Shown in pieces: positions 1-15,383 of a stretch of DNA of 64,000 nt. Where the stretch lies: positions 23,769 to 87,768 of the IMG/VR virus record IMGVR_UViG_3300047160_022640. The stretch is one strand, 5' to 3'. This stretch comes from a virus. Its lineage: Duplodnaviria; Caudoviricetes. The notes under the pieces were generated by a model. It had not been told where the DNA came from and searched no databases. It saw nothing but the letters and a program-made list of their open reading frames with translations. How positions within the stretch are numbered: the stretch's first letter is position 1; every line of letters begins with the position of its first letter. Made by a program: the position numbers and the translations under genes.

Positions 1-41
1 GACAGCGCCGCGCCGCTCGATTCGTTTGAGGAGATTTTTCG

Positions 42-647
42 ATGACTCAGCCGCGTGACGATCAAATCCGCAACCTCGCTCTGTACGCTCCGAAGACAGC
101 GTATGGGATGATCATCGGTGTTCCGCGTGTACCGACGGTCCTCGAGATCCCGATTCAATTCTCCTCGAGCACCGTGAACGCGCCTCCGGTCGTGACGAAC
201 CTGCAGAACAACCTGACGCAGGACACCGTCATCGAGCGCATGTCGTTCAAGCTCGCTCAGCAGAACAGTTTCCCCGGGAGCCCGTTCCAAAGCCTCTACT
301 TCAATCAGTTGAAGCAGTCCGGAACCGGTATCGGTGTACAGATGGCCGTTTACGGCGGCCCCAAGTACAACGTCAACGACACGTTCGTCGATCTCGCAAC
401 GCTCGCTGACGTGTTCGCCGTGACGTGGCCGCAAGGGTGGCCGCTTCCGAAGCAGAGCAACGTCAAGGTGAGCGCGATACTGCTCGATACGCCGGTCAGC
501 GTTCCGTACAACTGCACGATCACACTGCTCGGTTGGCAATTCCTAGACAAGACGATCGACGACATCTCAGACGCCGATGCGCGCGCTCGTCTGAACAAGC
601 TCGGCATTCAAACCCCTGACTTGAGCGTGCTCCTTCCGCAGAAGTGA
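42..647 (+). CDS. Putative virion structural protein, beta-rich (possible single jelly-roll)
   Basis: 201-aa ORF preceded by GAGGAG; alternating hydrophobic beta-like pattern; heads the structural operon; fold call is inference. Confidence 0.5.
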   Translation: MTQPRDDQIRNLALYAPKTAYGMIIGVPRVPTVLEIPIQFSSSTVNAPPVVTNLQNNLTQDTVIERMSFKLAQQNSFPGSPFQSLYFNQLKQSGTGIGVQMAVYGGPKYNVNDTFVDLATLADVFAVTWPQGWPLPKQSNVKVSAILLDTPVSVPYNCTITLLGWQFLDKTIDDISDADARARLNKLGIQTPDLSVLLPQK

Positions 648-650
648 TCG

Positions 651-1535
651 ATGAACCAGCGCACCGCCAACGTGATTCACCTGCAGACGCACCCGGATGG
701 TGTGGCAGGTGGATTGCGTTCGGTTCTCGATAACGGGCGCTTCGAAGTTTTTACGGCGGGCCCGAATCCGGAATTCGGGTTCATCGGCAGCGATCCGTAC
801 GGAACAAACAACTACACGGGCCTGGTCGTTCCTCCGATTCCGAGCTCTGCAAACGGCGGCGCGCGGTACCTGTTCATGCTCGCACGGGCGAGCTTCGGCA
901 CCGGCGAGCAGAGCTCAGATTATCTCGGCGTGCGGCTCGTCGGTATTCGCCAGTACGCCGAGCTCATTGCCCGCATTCCGGCGGGAAGCGGTCCTCTTGG
1001 TAGCGGGCCGCCCGCTGGAAGCACGGTCACGTTTCGCAAGGAGATTCGGAGCCCGCTCTGGCACCCGCCGGACGGCGATATCTCGTGGCACGTGATGATT
1101 TTGCCGAAGACGCAGCGGGACACACGTCATCCGGCGAACGCTGACGGGCAGATGTACCAGGACTCGTTGTCTCCGGCGGTTCTGTTTCAAACACCGGTCC
1201 CGTACGCACCGCCCAACGCCGGGCGCCCGTGGGGGAAGCCGCTCGCCGGCGCTCTCGGCAACATCCACGAGCTTCGTTACAACTGGCGCGACCGGGACAG
1301 CAGCTACGTGCTCGATGTGCCTATCCCGGTACCGTGCGACATCGCGCTCTTCGCAAGCGTGCGCCAGAACGATCCGACCCTCAACCCAGCATTTTCGGAC
1401 ACGAGTGTGACGCAAGCGTTCGCGGCACTCTCGGATGAAGACAAGTTCCTAGTCGCATATCACCAGTACGCGCAGTACGGCGTGATCGCGGGCGGACTCA
1501 TCTTCGATCAGAACATCGGGAGCTGCGTGCCATGA
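651..1535 (+). CDS. Putative virion structural protein
   Basis: 294-aa ORF 3 nt after the previous stop; Pro/Gly-rich, beta-like. Confidence 0.5.
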   Translation: MNQRTANVIHLQTHPDGVAGGLRSVLDNGRFEVFTAGPNPEFGFIGSDPYGTNNYTGLVVPPIPSSANGGARYLFMLARASFGTGEQSSDYLGVRLVGIRQYAELIARIPAGSGPLGSGPPAGSTVTFRKEIRSPLWHPPDGDISWHVMILPKTQRDTRHPANADGQMYQDSLSPAVLFQTPVPYAPPNAGRPWGKPLAGALGNIHELRYNWRDRDSSYVLDVPIPVPCDIALFASVRQNDPTLNPAFSDTSVTQAFAALSDEDKFLVAYHQYAQYGVIAGGLIFDQNIGSCVP

Positions 1536-1774
1536 CGAGCGTCGAAGCGGGCATATTCGCCAGCGTTGTTGGCGGCATGATCAACGGCGCTATCGGCGGG
1601 TTCGCGGCCGACCACGCCGATCATCCGGTCATCAAGGGCGCGCTCATTACCGGACTCGTATCTGGTGTCGCTTCGGCAATCTGGTTTGCCGGTTTCGGTG
1701 CGAAGCAGCAGCAATCGAGCGGACAGGTATCAGGATCACTGGTGCCACGCCAGATCCATGCGAGGTTCCTCTAA
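1532..1774 (+). CDS. Small two-TM membrane protein
   Basis: 80 aa, two Gly/Ala-rich hydrophobic segments; ATGA overlap. Confidence 0.7.
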   Translation: MTSVEAGIFASVVGGMINGAIGGFAADHADHPVIKGALITGLVSGVASAIWFAGFGAKQQQSSGQVSGSLVPRQIHARFL

Positions 1775-2469
1775 TGCCTACGCCGGCACAAGCCTACGGC
1801 CATCCCGATTTCGTTACGGACGTCCCCGTGCAAGGCCCCACCGACGAGGGAATTCGCTCGAAGGACTGCTTGTACGTCAACACACATATTCCGGCGCAAC
1901 CCGCGTGCGCCGATTGCAAAGGACCGATTCCTATGTGGGCACAGCAGAATACACCTCACGGCGTAGGCGAGCTGATTTCGTACGGCGGGCACGGAGCGCT
2001 CGGCTTCGCGCTCGGCACCGTCAACGATCCAGAAATCTGGAGCAAGTTGACTCCTGATCAGCAGATGTGGGTGACCAACTCGCTGAACACCCTGAACTCG
2101 AAGATCATGGCGGCAACCGGATCGAGCTGCCCGACATGGGGGCCAGCCATCAACCTCGCCGGCGGCTGCTTTCAGACGTGGTTCAACAACAACTACGGCG
2201 GCGCCAATAGCGGCGTGATGACGCTGCGTACGGATGGCGTCTTCGATCAAGACACGCTCTGCGCGCTCATCACGGTCACTGGGATGCATCAGACCGACTT
2301 CCCGACGGCCTTCCCGGATCCCAACAAGCAGTATTGCCAGTCGCCGGGATCGGCAACGGCGACGAAGAAGATTTTGACGGCGAAGATGCTCGGTTTCGGC
2401 GCGCTCGGCGTTGTCGGGCTCGGCGGAATCGCTTACGCCGCAATTCACGGCAAGAAGCGCCGGCGCTGA
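1774..2469 (+). CDS. C-terminally membrane-anchored protein
   Basis: Ends LGFGALGVVGLGGIAYAAI-HGKKRRR (TM plus basic tail); DGVFDQDT resembles a peptidoglycan-binding motif. Confidence 0.7.
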   Translation: MPTPAQAYGHPDFVTDVPVQGPTDEGIRSKDCLYVNTHIPAQPACADCKGPIPMWAQQNTPHGVGELISYGGHGALGFALGTVNDPEIWSKLTPDQQMWVTNSLNTLNSKIMAATGSSCPTWGPAINLAGGCFQTWFNNNYGGANSGVMTLRTDGVFDQDTLCALITVTGMHQTDFPTAFPDPNKQYCQSPGSATATKKILTAKMLGFGALGVVGLGGIAYAAIHGKKRRR

Positions 2470-2496
2470 AACGATCGCAGGAAGAAAGGATCAATC

Positions 2497-3678
2497 ATGT
2501 CGTTCTATCTAGTGCAGCGCGGTGATTCTCCGGCGAGCATCGCTCGACGACACGGCGTGTCGATAGGGTCGCTGCTCGGCGCAAACCCGCACAAGCCTGT
2601 CGTTGCGGTCGGTCAAGTACGAACGTGGCAATCGCTTGGACTCGGCGAGCGCTTGAACCTTCCAGTGGGCGTCGGCGCAATCACGCCAGCGCCGCTGAAC
2701 GCAGTGCACAAACAGATCAGCATCAACAACCCGGGACCGCATGTCGCGGATGCGGATGTGGCGCTCTGGCAAACCATCGTCGGAGCAACCCCTGACGGTC
2801 TCTTCGGACCGAACACGCAAGCAGCGACGAAGGCGTGGCAAGCCGCGCACGGGCTTGCTGCGGACGGCATCGTCGGTCCGAAGACGTGGGCCGCTGCAAC
2901 GTTGGTGGCCGCTCCAGCTGCAGCCGCCGCGTCACTTCCTCAGATCGCCACGCAGATCTTGTCGCAGCTCCCGTCTATCCCGGGTATCACGCCAGCTGCC
3001 GCTCCCGCTCCTGTCCCTACGGCAGCGCCCACCGTAACCCCGGCGGCGCCGGCGGCGGCAGCGATCCTCGCATCAGGAATCGACCCGTGCCTCTCCGACA
3101 ACGCGCAGATGGTGTGCGCGGCGCAGCGCGTGCTCGGTGTCGCAGCCGATGGCAAATACGGCAACGACACCGCGACGGCGTTGCGGAAGTTTATACCGGG
3201 CGCTCCTCCCGGATGCAGCCCACGCCCTGCTTGGTGGACGCCGACGGGACAGAGCAACTGCAACACGGTAGCTGCTGCGCCTTCGCTTCCTTCGCTCCCT
3301 TCCCTCCCGCTACCGGTCCCCAGTGCTGCGCCGAGTCTGCCGTCGATCCCGTCGGTGCTTCCGATGCCGTCGACCTCGTCGACGCCGCTCCCGCCGATCG
3401 TCCTCCCGACGAACCCACCGACCGTAGTTCCGCTGCCATCGGTGCCGTCGATTCCGTCTGTCTTGCCGACGACGGCACAACCCGGTCCTGTTCAGCCTAC
3501 GGTGACGGCGCCCGCGAAAGCGGGCATCAGCCCCGGCGTCATGGTCGCGGGCGGTCTCGGCGCCGTAGCACTCGTCGCGATGGTGGCGATGAGCGGAAAA
3601 CACGGAGGCGGCCGAGCGCCAGCGAGCCGTCGATCAGGCGGCCATAAGGCGCGCCGCACTTCCAGGAAGCGAAGGTAG
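2497..3678 (+). CDS. LysM + peptidoglycan-binding (PG_binding_1-like) protein with Pro-rich stalk and C-terminal TM anchor
   Basis: YLVQRGDSPASIARRHGVSIGSLLGANP (LysM); DGLFGPNT..WQAAHGLAADGIVGPKTW; C-terminal TM followed by basic tail. Confidence 0.85.
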   Translation: MSFYLVQRGDSPASIARRHGVSIGSLLGANPHKPVVAVGQVRTWQSLGLGERLNLPVGVGAITPAPLNAVHKQISINNPGPHVADADVALWQTIVGATPDGLFGPNTQAATKAWQAAHGLAADGIVGPKTWAAATLVAAPAAAAASLPQIATQILSQLPSIPGITPAAAPAPVPTAAPTVTPAAPAAAAILASGIDPCLSDNAQMVCAAQRVLGVAADGKYGNDTATALRKFIPGAPPGCSPRPAWWTPTGQSNCNTVAAAPSLPSLPSLPLPVPSAAPSLPSIPSVLPMPSTSSTPLPPIVLPTNPPTVVPLPSVPSIPSVLPTTAQPGPVQPTVTAPAKAGISPGVMVAGGLGAVALVAMVAMSGKHGGGRAPASRRSGGHKARRTSRKRR

Positions 3679-3681
3679 GCG

Positions 3682-3870
3682 ATGCCCGAGATAGTTCACC
3701 AGGAGACGCTCTGCTGCGGGTCCAAACGGTGCCCGACAGTGAAGTTTCTCCATGATGGATCGGTAGTCATCACCGACGATGATACGGAGATCGGATCGGT
3801 CGGTACCATCAAGATTAGTTCAGATGCGCTCGATCGCCTCATCGAGTTGCGCGAACAACTGAAGAGGTGA
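3682..3870 (+). CDS. Hypothetical protein
   Basis: 62-aa ORF tightly packed in the operon. Confidence 0.6.
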   Translation: MPEIVHQETLCCGSKRCPTVKFLHDGSVVITDDDTEIGSVGTIKISSDALDRLIELREQLKR

Positions 3871-3874
3871 TCCT

Positions 3875-4318
3875 GTGCTAGTCGCCAAACGGCTCGGTAG
3901 TGAGACGTATCCGCAGCCGAAGCAGGCGGCGGCTCAGTTCTCTGTCGTATACGTTTCGGATCCTACGGCGTATCACCAGACCCAAGGTAGCCCCTCACTG
4001 CTGGTCGTCAGCGGAACGATTAATCTGCAGCCAGGATCGCGCGTGAAGGTCGAGGGGATGGTGACCTTCGTCGGATCTGTCGCGGCGGGTAGAGCGATCC
4101 TGTCATCACCGCAAGACCCCGGAGTGATCGGCAACGCTTCTTTCGATGTCGCTCAAGGATCCAACTACAGAACGCTCAATTTCATTGGTTTCACCGACGT
4201 GCAACCGGCTGGGCCTTACACGATCGGTTTGTTTCTCGACGTGAACGGCTCGGCAGGAGCGCGTATAGATTCCGCAGGACCGAGTGTGCTCGTGCTCACA
4301 GAGATACCTGCGTCCTGA
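3875..4318 (+). CDS. Small beta-sandwich fibre-associated protein with N-terminal ETYP motif
   Basis: 147 aa; N-terminus RLGSETYP shared with the collagen-like proteins. Confidence 0.6.
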   Translation: MLVAKRLGSETYPQPKQAAAQFSVVYVSDPTAYHQTQGSPSLLVVSGTINLQPGSRVKVEGMVTFVGSVAAGRAILSSPQDPGVIGNASFDVAQGSNYRTLNFIGFTDVQPAGPYTIGLFLDVNGSAGARIDSAGPSVLVLTEIPAS

Positions 4319-4340
4319 TTTAGAAGGGCGGTAAAACACA

Positions 4341-9968
<5,628 letters not shown>

Positions 9969-9978
9969 AGGATGCAAA

Positions 9979-12480
9979 ATGGCCGAGCTAGTTGACCAGC
10001 GCCAGTTGTCGTTGACCGGTTTGACAGGATCGACCGGAAGCAGCGGCACAGGCCCTACCGGGCCCACCGGCAGAACCGGCCCTACTGGAGCGACAGGAAA
10101 CACCGGAGCGCCTGGATTCGCCACCAACACCGGTGCTACTGGGCCCACCGGAGCTACCGGGCCCGGCGCGCTGCCGTTGACACGTCAGCGTTTTATCGAC
10201 GCCGGAACAGCAGCGAGCGTGCATAACGGATCGTACCCACAACCGTTCGCTTCGATCACGCAGTTCATGGCATCGCGAACGAATGTGTCGAGCGATGATG
10301 CCACATCGAACTACGTGGGATGGCTGACACCTGCTGCGGGAGCGTACACAGAGAGCGTCATTTTTCCTGCTTATTGCTCGACTGAGTTGCGAGCTCCTTC
10401 TTTTTCTCTGGCCCCATTGGGTGCTGTATTGAACGGAAGTGTTCTCTGGCAGAACACCGGTGGCGCTATCTCTCCGTTTCTCGGAGCGACGGCGTCTATG
10501 CACAACGTCAGCGTACTTTTCGGGATCACCGTAGTCGATGATGCTGGCGCACCTATATCTAACTTCTCATTCAGCGGAGATTCTGTATCCGGACAGCTTG
10601 CCGGTGCGGAGATTGCTGGAAACTTCATTTCGAGCGCCTGTTCCAGACTTCGGCAGGTCTACTTCCTCAACGCTGCGGTAGTCGGTGACATCGACTGCGG
10701 TACTAGCTCAGACAGCGCGTTCCTCAACATGCGTGCGAGCTCCGTGCAAGGGAATGTTACCTGCAACGGATTGTACGCGGACGGCGTCACATTCGAGTCG
10801 TCATCGATAACGAGTTCGGCGTCAGCGCAGGCTACATTTCAGAATTGTGCGTTCGAGGGACCAACGCTCAACTGTCCGGCGGGATCGTTGTTTGACGGCC
10901 CCTCCTGGCAGAGTTTCGTCTCTACAGGAGGGTTACGCACGGCTGGGTTCGCTCTCGTCACGGGCGGATACTCCGGAGCTTCAGTAGATGGCGCTAATCT
11001 CAGTAGCGGGTCATCTAGTGTTTCGTTGAACGGTCTCGCTCCTGGCACGTCGCCCGCTTACACCGGTGTAAACTCTGGGAATCACTACACTGCGCCGACT
11101 TTGACAGCGCTTAGTTTTGTGACTCTGCTTACCGGTGGAGGAGAAAACAACGGCGACACGCTGATGATCACGAAGCAGGACACGTCTCGCTTCGGATTTT
11201 CGATCCTGAACAATTCAGGGCAAATCATCGGACTGATTCCCGCAGGAAGCAGCGGTTTCTTCCTAGCCAAATTCAACGCCTTTCTAGGAGATTGGTTTCT
11301 CGAAGAGTGCGGCTCTCAGAGCGGTGTTCTATCTCGTCAAAAATACATCGATGGTGGCACGCAAGCCGTGCTCCGAAATGGCGCCATTTCGCAGCCGTAC
11401 CAAACGATCACGGAGTTCACATCCGTTCGCGGAAACGCATCCGTAAACGATGCGACAACAAACTACGTCGGCATCGTAGTGCCTGCCATCAACGGGTACT
11501 CGGAAAATATTTCCTTCACTCCGTACGCATCAACAGAGCTTCGCGCAGAATCTTTTTCGATTCCGTCCGGCACCCGCGGCGTGATTCTGAACGGTAATGC
11601 TACGTGGCTCAACTCCGCTGGCGCGAATGTCGGTGTCAGTCCAACCGTCGCTATCCACAACATCTCCGTTGGGGGAACGTTCACTGTTTCTGACGACGGC
11701 GGCGCCCCGACATCGACCGTGATCTTCGGCAGCGACGAAATTCCAGGCGGCGTGTTCTTGAGCGCTTTCGACGCCACCGGCGCCAATCATCTTGGAAGCG
11801 CGCAGTTCTACAATGCCGAAATCGGTAACTGTAATGCGGGCAACGGCGCCAGCGCCCCATCTGTCGTGCTTACTGGATGCACGATGTTGGGTGTCATCAC
11901 GGCCGGATCTCTGAAGGCGACAGACACGCTGTTCGCGGTCGCGTCGATCACAGTCAAGACGGGCGGCGTCACACTGTTCTCCAACTGCACGTTCTCTCCC
12001 GGTTCCAATCCGCTTTTGACTTGCACAGGCGGCGGTCAGTTCGACGGCCAATCGTGGAGCTCGTTCATCGCCGCCGGAGGCACGCGAGCTGCAGGTACAT
12101 TCGCGCTGGTCACGGGCGGATACAACGCCGCGCCTATCGAAGGCGCTACGTTGTCGGCGACGGCTGACACTAGCGTGTCGTTGAACGGGAACGCAGCGGG
12201 GACGACGACCGGGTACACCGGTAACAACTCGGGGAATCACTACACGTGCTCCAACTTGACGGCGAACCGAGCTGTCAAAGCGTTGAAGGGCGGCGGCGAG
12301 ATGAACGGCGACACATTGCTGATCACCAAGAACGGCCCCTTCGCATTCGATCTGTCGGTGCAGAACTCGAGCGGCTCTACCGTCGCTGTTTTGCCGTCTG
12401 GGTTCCGGGCGTTCGCGCTTCTGCAATTCTCGTCACTGGCTAACGAGTGGCTGTTCGTCGAGGGAGGGCAACTGTCGTGA
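9979..12480 (+). CDS. Short-collagen fibre protein with two RQ(R/K)(F/Y)ID modules
   Basis: 833 aa; paralogous to the C-terminal half of 4341-9968. Confidence 0.85.
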   Translation: MAELVDQRQLSLTGLTGSTGSSGTGPTGPTGRTGPTGATGNTGAPGFATNTGATGPTGATGPGALPLTRQRFIDAGTAASVHNGSYPQPFASITQFMASRTNVSSDDATSNYVGWLTPAAGAYTESVIFPAYCSTELRAPSFSLAPLGAVLNGSVLWQNTGGAISPFLGATASMHNVSVLFGITVVDDAGAPISNFSFSGDSVSGQLAGAEIAGNFISSACSRLRQVYFLNAAVVGDIDCGTSSDSAFLNMRASSVQGNVTCNGLYADGVTFESSSITSSASAQATFQNCAFEGPTLNCPAGSLFDGPSWQSFVSTGGLRTAGFALVTGGYSGASVDGANLSSGSSSVSLNGLAPGTSPAYTGVNSGNHYTAPTLTALSFVTLLTGGGENNGDTLMITKQDTSRFGFSILNNSGQIIGLIPAGSSGFFLAKFNAFLGDWFLEECGSQSGVLSRQKYIDGGTQAVLRNGAISQPYQTITEFTSVRGNASVNDATTNYVGIVVPAINGYSENISFTPYASTELRAESFSIPSGTRGVILNGNATWLNSAGANVGVSPTVAIHNISVGGTFTVSDDGGAPTSTVIFGSDEIPGGVFLSAFDATGANHLGSAQFYNAEIGNCNAGNGASAPSVVLTGCTMLGVITAGSLKATDTLFAVASITVKTGGVTLFSNCTFSPGSNPLLTCTGGGQFDGQSWSSFIAAGGTRAAGTFALVTGGYNAAPIEGATLSATADTSVSLNGNAAGTTTGYTGNNSGNHYTCSNLTANRAVKALKGGGEMNGDTLLITKNGPFAFDLSVQNSSGSTVAVLPSGFRAFALLQFSSLANEWLFVEGGQLS

Positions 12481-12737
12481 TTCTCGTCGAGTTAGGGCTC
12501 ATCGGGATCACGCTCATCATCTCGCGAGGAACCATTTTCTACTGGTTCCAGCAGCGCTGGCCTACGTTCATCAAGTGCGCGCAATGTACCGGAATGTGGG
12601 TCGGCATGGCTGCCGGCGCCGCCGGTCTCATGCAGACCGGGCATGGATTGATGTTCGACGTCGCAGCCGTCGGAGGGGCAACCAGTTTCCTGTCGCTGCT
12701 CGCCAATGCTATCCTTATTCGGTTGCTAGAAAAGTAA
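12477..12737 (+). CDS. Membrane protein with CxxC (DUF1360-like)
   Basis: GTG start overlapping the upstream stop; hydrophobic; [13 protein letters not shown]. Confidence 0.6.
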   Translation: MILVELGLIGITLIISRGTIFYWFQQRWPTFIKCAQCTGMWVGMAAGAAGLMQTGHGLMFDVAAVGGATSFLSLLANAILIRLLEK

Positions 12738-12749
12738 CGGAGGAAAAAC

Positions 12750-12971
12750 ATGCGACGCAAATTGAAAAATCTAAAACACAAGAGCGGCCACTCCGAGAAC
12801 GGATCCCCCCGGCAGCTGATCGACGAGATGGTCTACCGCGAGCACGCGAATCTAGTCGCTTCGATCTCGCCGCCTACTTTCGATCCGAAGTACAGCGGAT
12901 GGTCGAACGCGAGTCGTCCGCGCGACTTCGCGATCTTTCCGCGGTCCAATCTCGGCGCAGGTCCTGGGTAG
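12750..12971 (+). CDS. Hypothetical protein
   Basis: 73 aa, GGAGG ribosome-binding site upstream. Confidence 0.6.
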   Translation: MRRKLKNLKHKSGHSENGSPRQLIDEMVYREHANLVASISPPTFDPKYSGWSNASRPRDFAIFPRSNLGAGPG

Positions 12972-13002
12972 AACGCCGTTCGACATCCGAACCGGAGGAT
13001 AG

Positions 13003-13746
<744 letters not shown>

Positions 13747-13754
13747 AGGACGAT

Positions 13755-13790
13755 TTGACAAGCGCGTGACGAACGTCATAGCTTGTCACG
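13755..13790 (+). promoter_or_regulatory. Sigma70-like promoter (probably leaderless) overlapped by nested palindromes
   Basis: TTGACA-N18-TAGCTT-N6-ATG; TGACAAGC...GCTTGTCA arms enclosing TGACG-AA-CGTCA. Confidence 0.55.
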
Positions 13791-15383
13791 ATGCGTCTTA
13801 CGCAAGCTGACATCGACAGCGTCGACCTCGAGCGGCTTCGACCGTACGTAGCGAGCCCGGAAGAGTTCTTCGGAAAGCGCGAGCATTACAAGCTGCTTGC
13901 CCACCTCACGACACTGCTTCCGCCGGGCGCGACTGTCGTCGACATTGGCACGCATAGAGGAGACTCTGCGTTGTCGCTTTCTTATAGCCGTCACCTAGTC
14001 GATACTTTCGACGTAGTCGACAAGACGAGTTCTCGCGGAAACGATTGGAACACCTACAAGAGCGCGTTTCATCTCTCTGCGCACATCGGCGATCTGTTCG
14101 ATCTGAAGACGCGCGAAGCGCACAGAAAGACACTTCTCGATAGCCTGCTCATCGTCGTCGATATCGATCCGCACGAGGGCACGCGCGAACTCGAGCTCGT
14201 TGAGTGGCTCCGTGATCACGACTACGGCGGCATCATCGTTCTCGACGACATCTGGTACTTCAAACAGATGCGCGACAACCTCTGGAGTCGCATCGAGTCG
14301 CGCTTCAAGACGGACGCGACGTCGCTCGGACACTGGTCTGGTACCGGTATCGTTTCGTTCAAACAACGCGTCGAGATTGAAGGCGCTCCTCCACCCGCCG
14401 ACAACTGGACGCTTGTTACGGGGTACTTCGATCTCACGAAGGCGCCTGATGCGAACGACGCCATCAAGGCGCGTCCAGCCGAGCACTACATCGAACAACA
14501 CGGTGGAGGAGTGCTGGGACTCGACAAAAACCTGATCGTGTTCTGCGAGCCGGAACTCGAACCCAAAATCTGGGCGATGCGGCCGAAGTATCTCCACGAG
14601 CACACGCGTGTCTACACGCAGTCATTCGAGGACTTCCCGCTCACTCGAAACAGAGATCTGATCAAGCTTCATAGAGGAGGCGCCTGTCCGTCTGATCCGC
14701 GCAACACGGCGTCGTATTACCTGTTCTGCATGGCGCGCTACGCAATGCTCAAGCGAGCAATCCGCGATGCGCCATTCAAGTCAACGCACTACGCTTGGAT
14801 CAACATCTGCATCGAGCGTATGGGTTTCAGCAACCTCGCGCATCTCAACGAGGCGCTCGGACTCAACCGAAACAGGTTCTCTACGTGTTGGATCGACTAC
14901 GTTTCAAAAAATCTCGTAGAAGACTTGCCCAGGTACTTCGACGGGAGTGCCTGCTTAGGACGTTGCTCGATGTGCAGCGGTTTTTTCACCGGGCGCCACG
15001 ATCACATGCGATTCGCTTGCGACGAGATCGAGAACGCATTCTTTGATTGTCTGCTGAACGGGTACGGGCACGCCGACGAGCAACTATTCCCAATCGTACA
15101 TTACCGTCACCCGGAGCTGTTCGACTGGTACATCGGCGATTACACCGAGATGATCACCAACTACGCCGCGGTGCACGAACACCCGGAACGTCCGTTGCGG
15201 ACCCTGATCACCAACAGCTTTGCCGCCGACGATAAGCAAGTCTGCAAACGAGCTTGTGACATCCTTCGGGAGTCTATCGAGGCGGGGCACTGTCGCCTTT
15301 CACCTGACGATCAAGCCCAATTTGATATGATCAGTTATGCCCATCGTGATGGTCATCCCCCCGAGCTTGTTCCTGCTCGATGA
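13791..15383 (+). CDS. Class I SAM methyltransferase (Methyltransf_24-like) fused to an HtrL/WlaTC-like glycosyltransferase domain
   Basis: VVDIGTHRGDSA, IVVDIDPH, GIIVLDDI; second domain WTLVTGYFDL...THYAWINI. Confidence 0.75.
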   Translation: MRLTQADIDSVDLERLRPYVASPEEFFGKREHYKLLAHLTTLLPPGATVVDIGTHRGDSALSLSYSRHLVDTFDVVDKTSSRGNDWNTYKSAFHLSAHIGDLFDLKTREAHRKTLLDSLLIVVDIDPHEGTRELELVEWLRDHDYGGIIVLDDIWYFKQMRDNLWSRIESRFKTDATSLGHWSGTGIVSFKQRVEIEGAPPPADNWTLVTGYFDLTKAPDANDAIKARPAEHYIEQHGGGVLGLDKNLIVFCEPELEPKIWAMRPKYLHEHTRVYTQSFEDFPLTRNRDLIKLHRGGACPSDPRNTASYYLFCMARYAMLKRAIRDAPFKSTHYAWINICIERMGFSNLAHLNEALGLNRNRFSTCWIDYVSKNLVEDLPRYFDGSACLGRCSMCSGFFTGRHDHMRFACDEIENAFFDCLLNGYGHADEQLFPIVHYRHPELFDWYIGDYTEMITNYAAVHEHPERPLRTLITNSFAADDKQVCKRACDILRESIEAGHCRLSPDDQAQFDMISYAHRDGHPPELVPAR

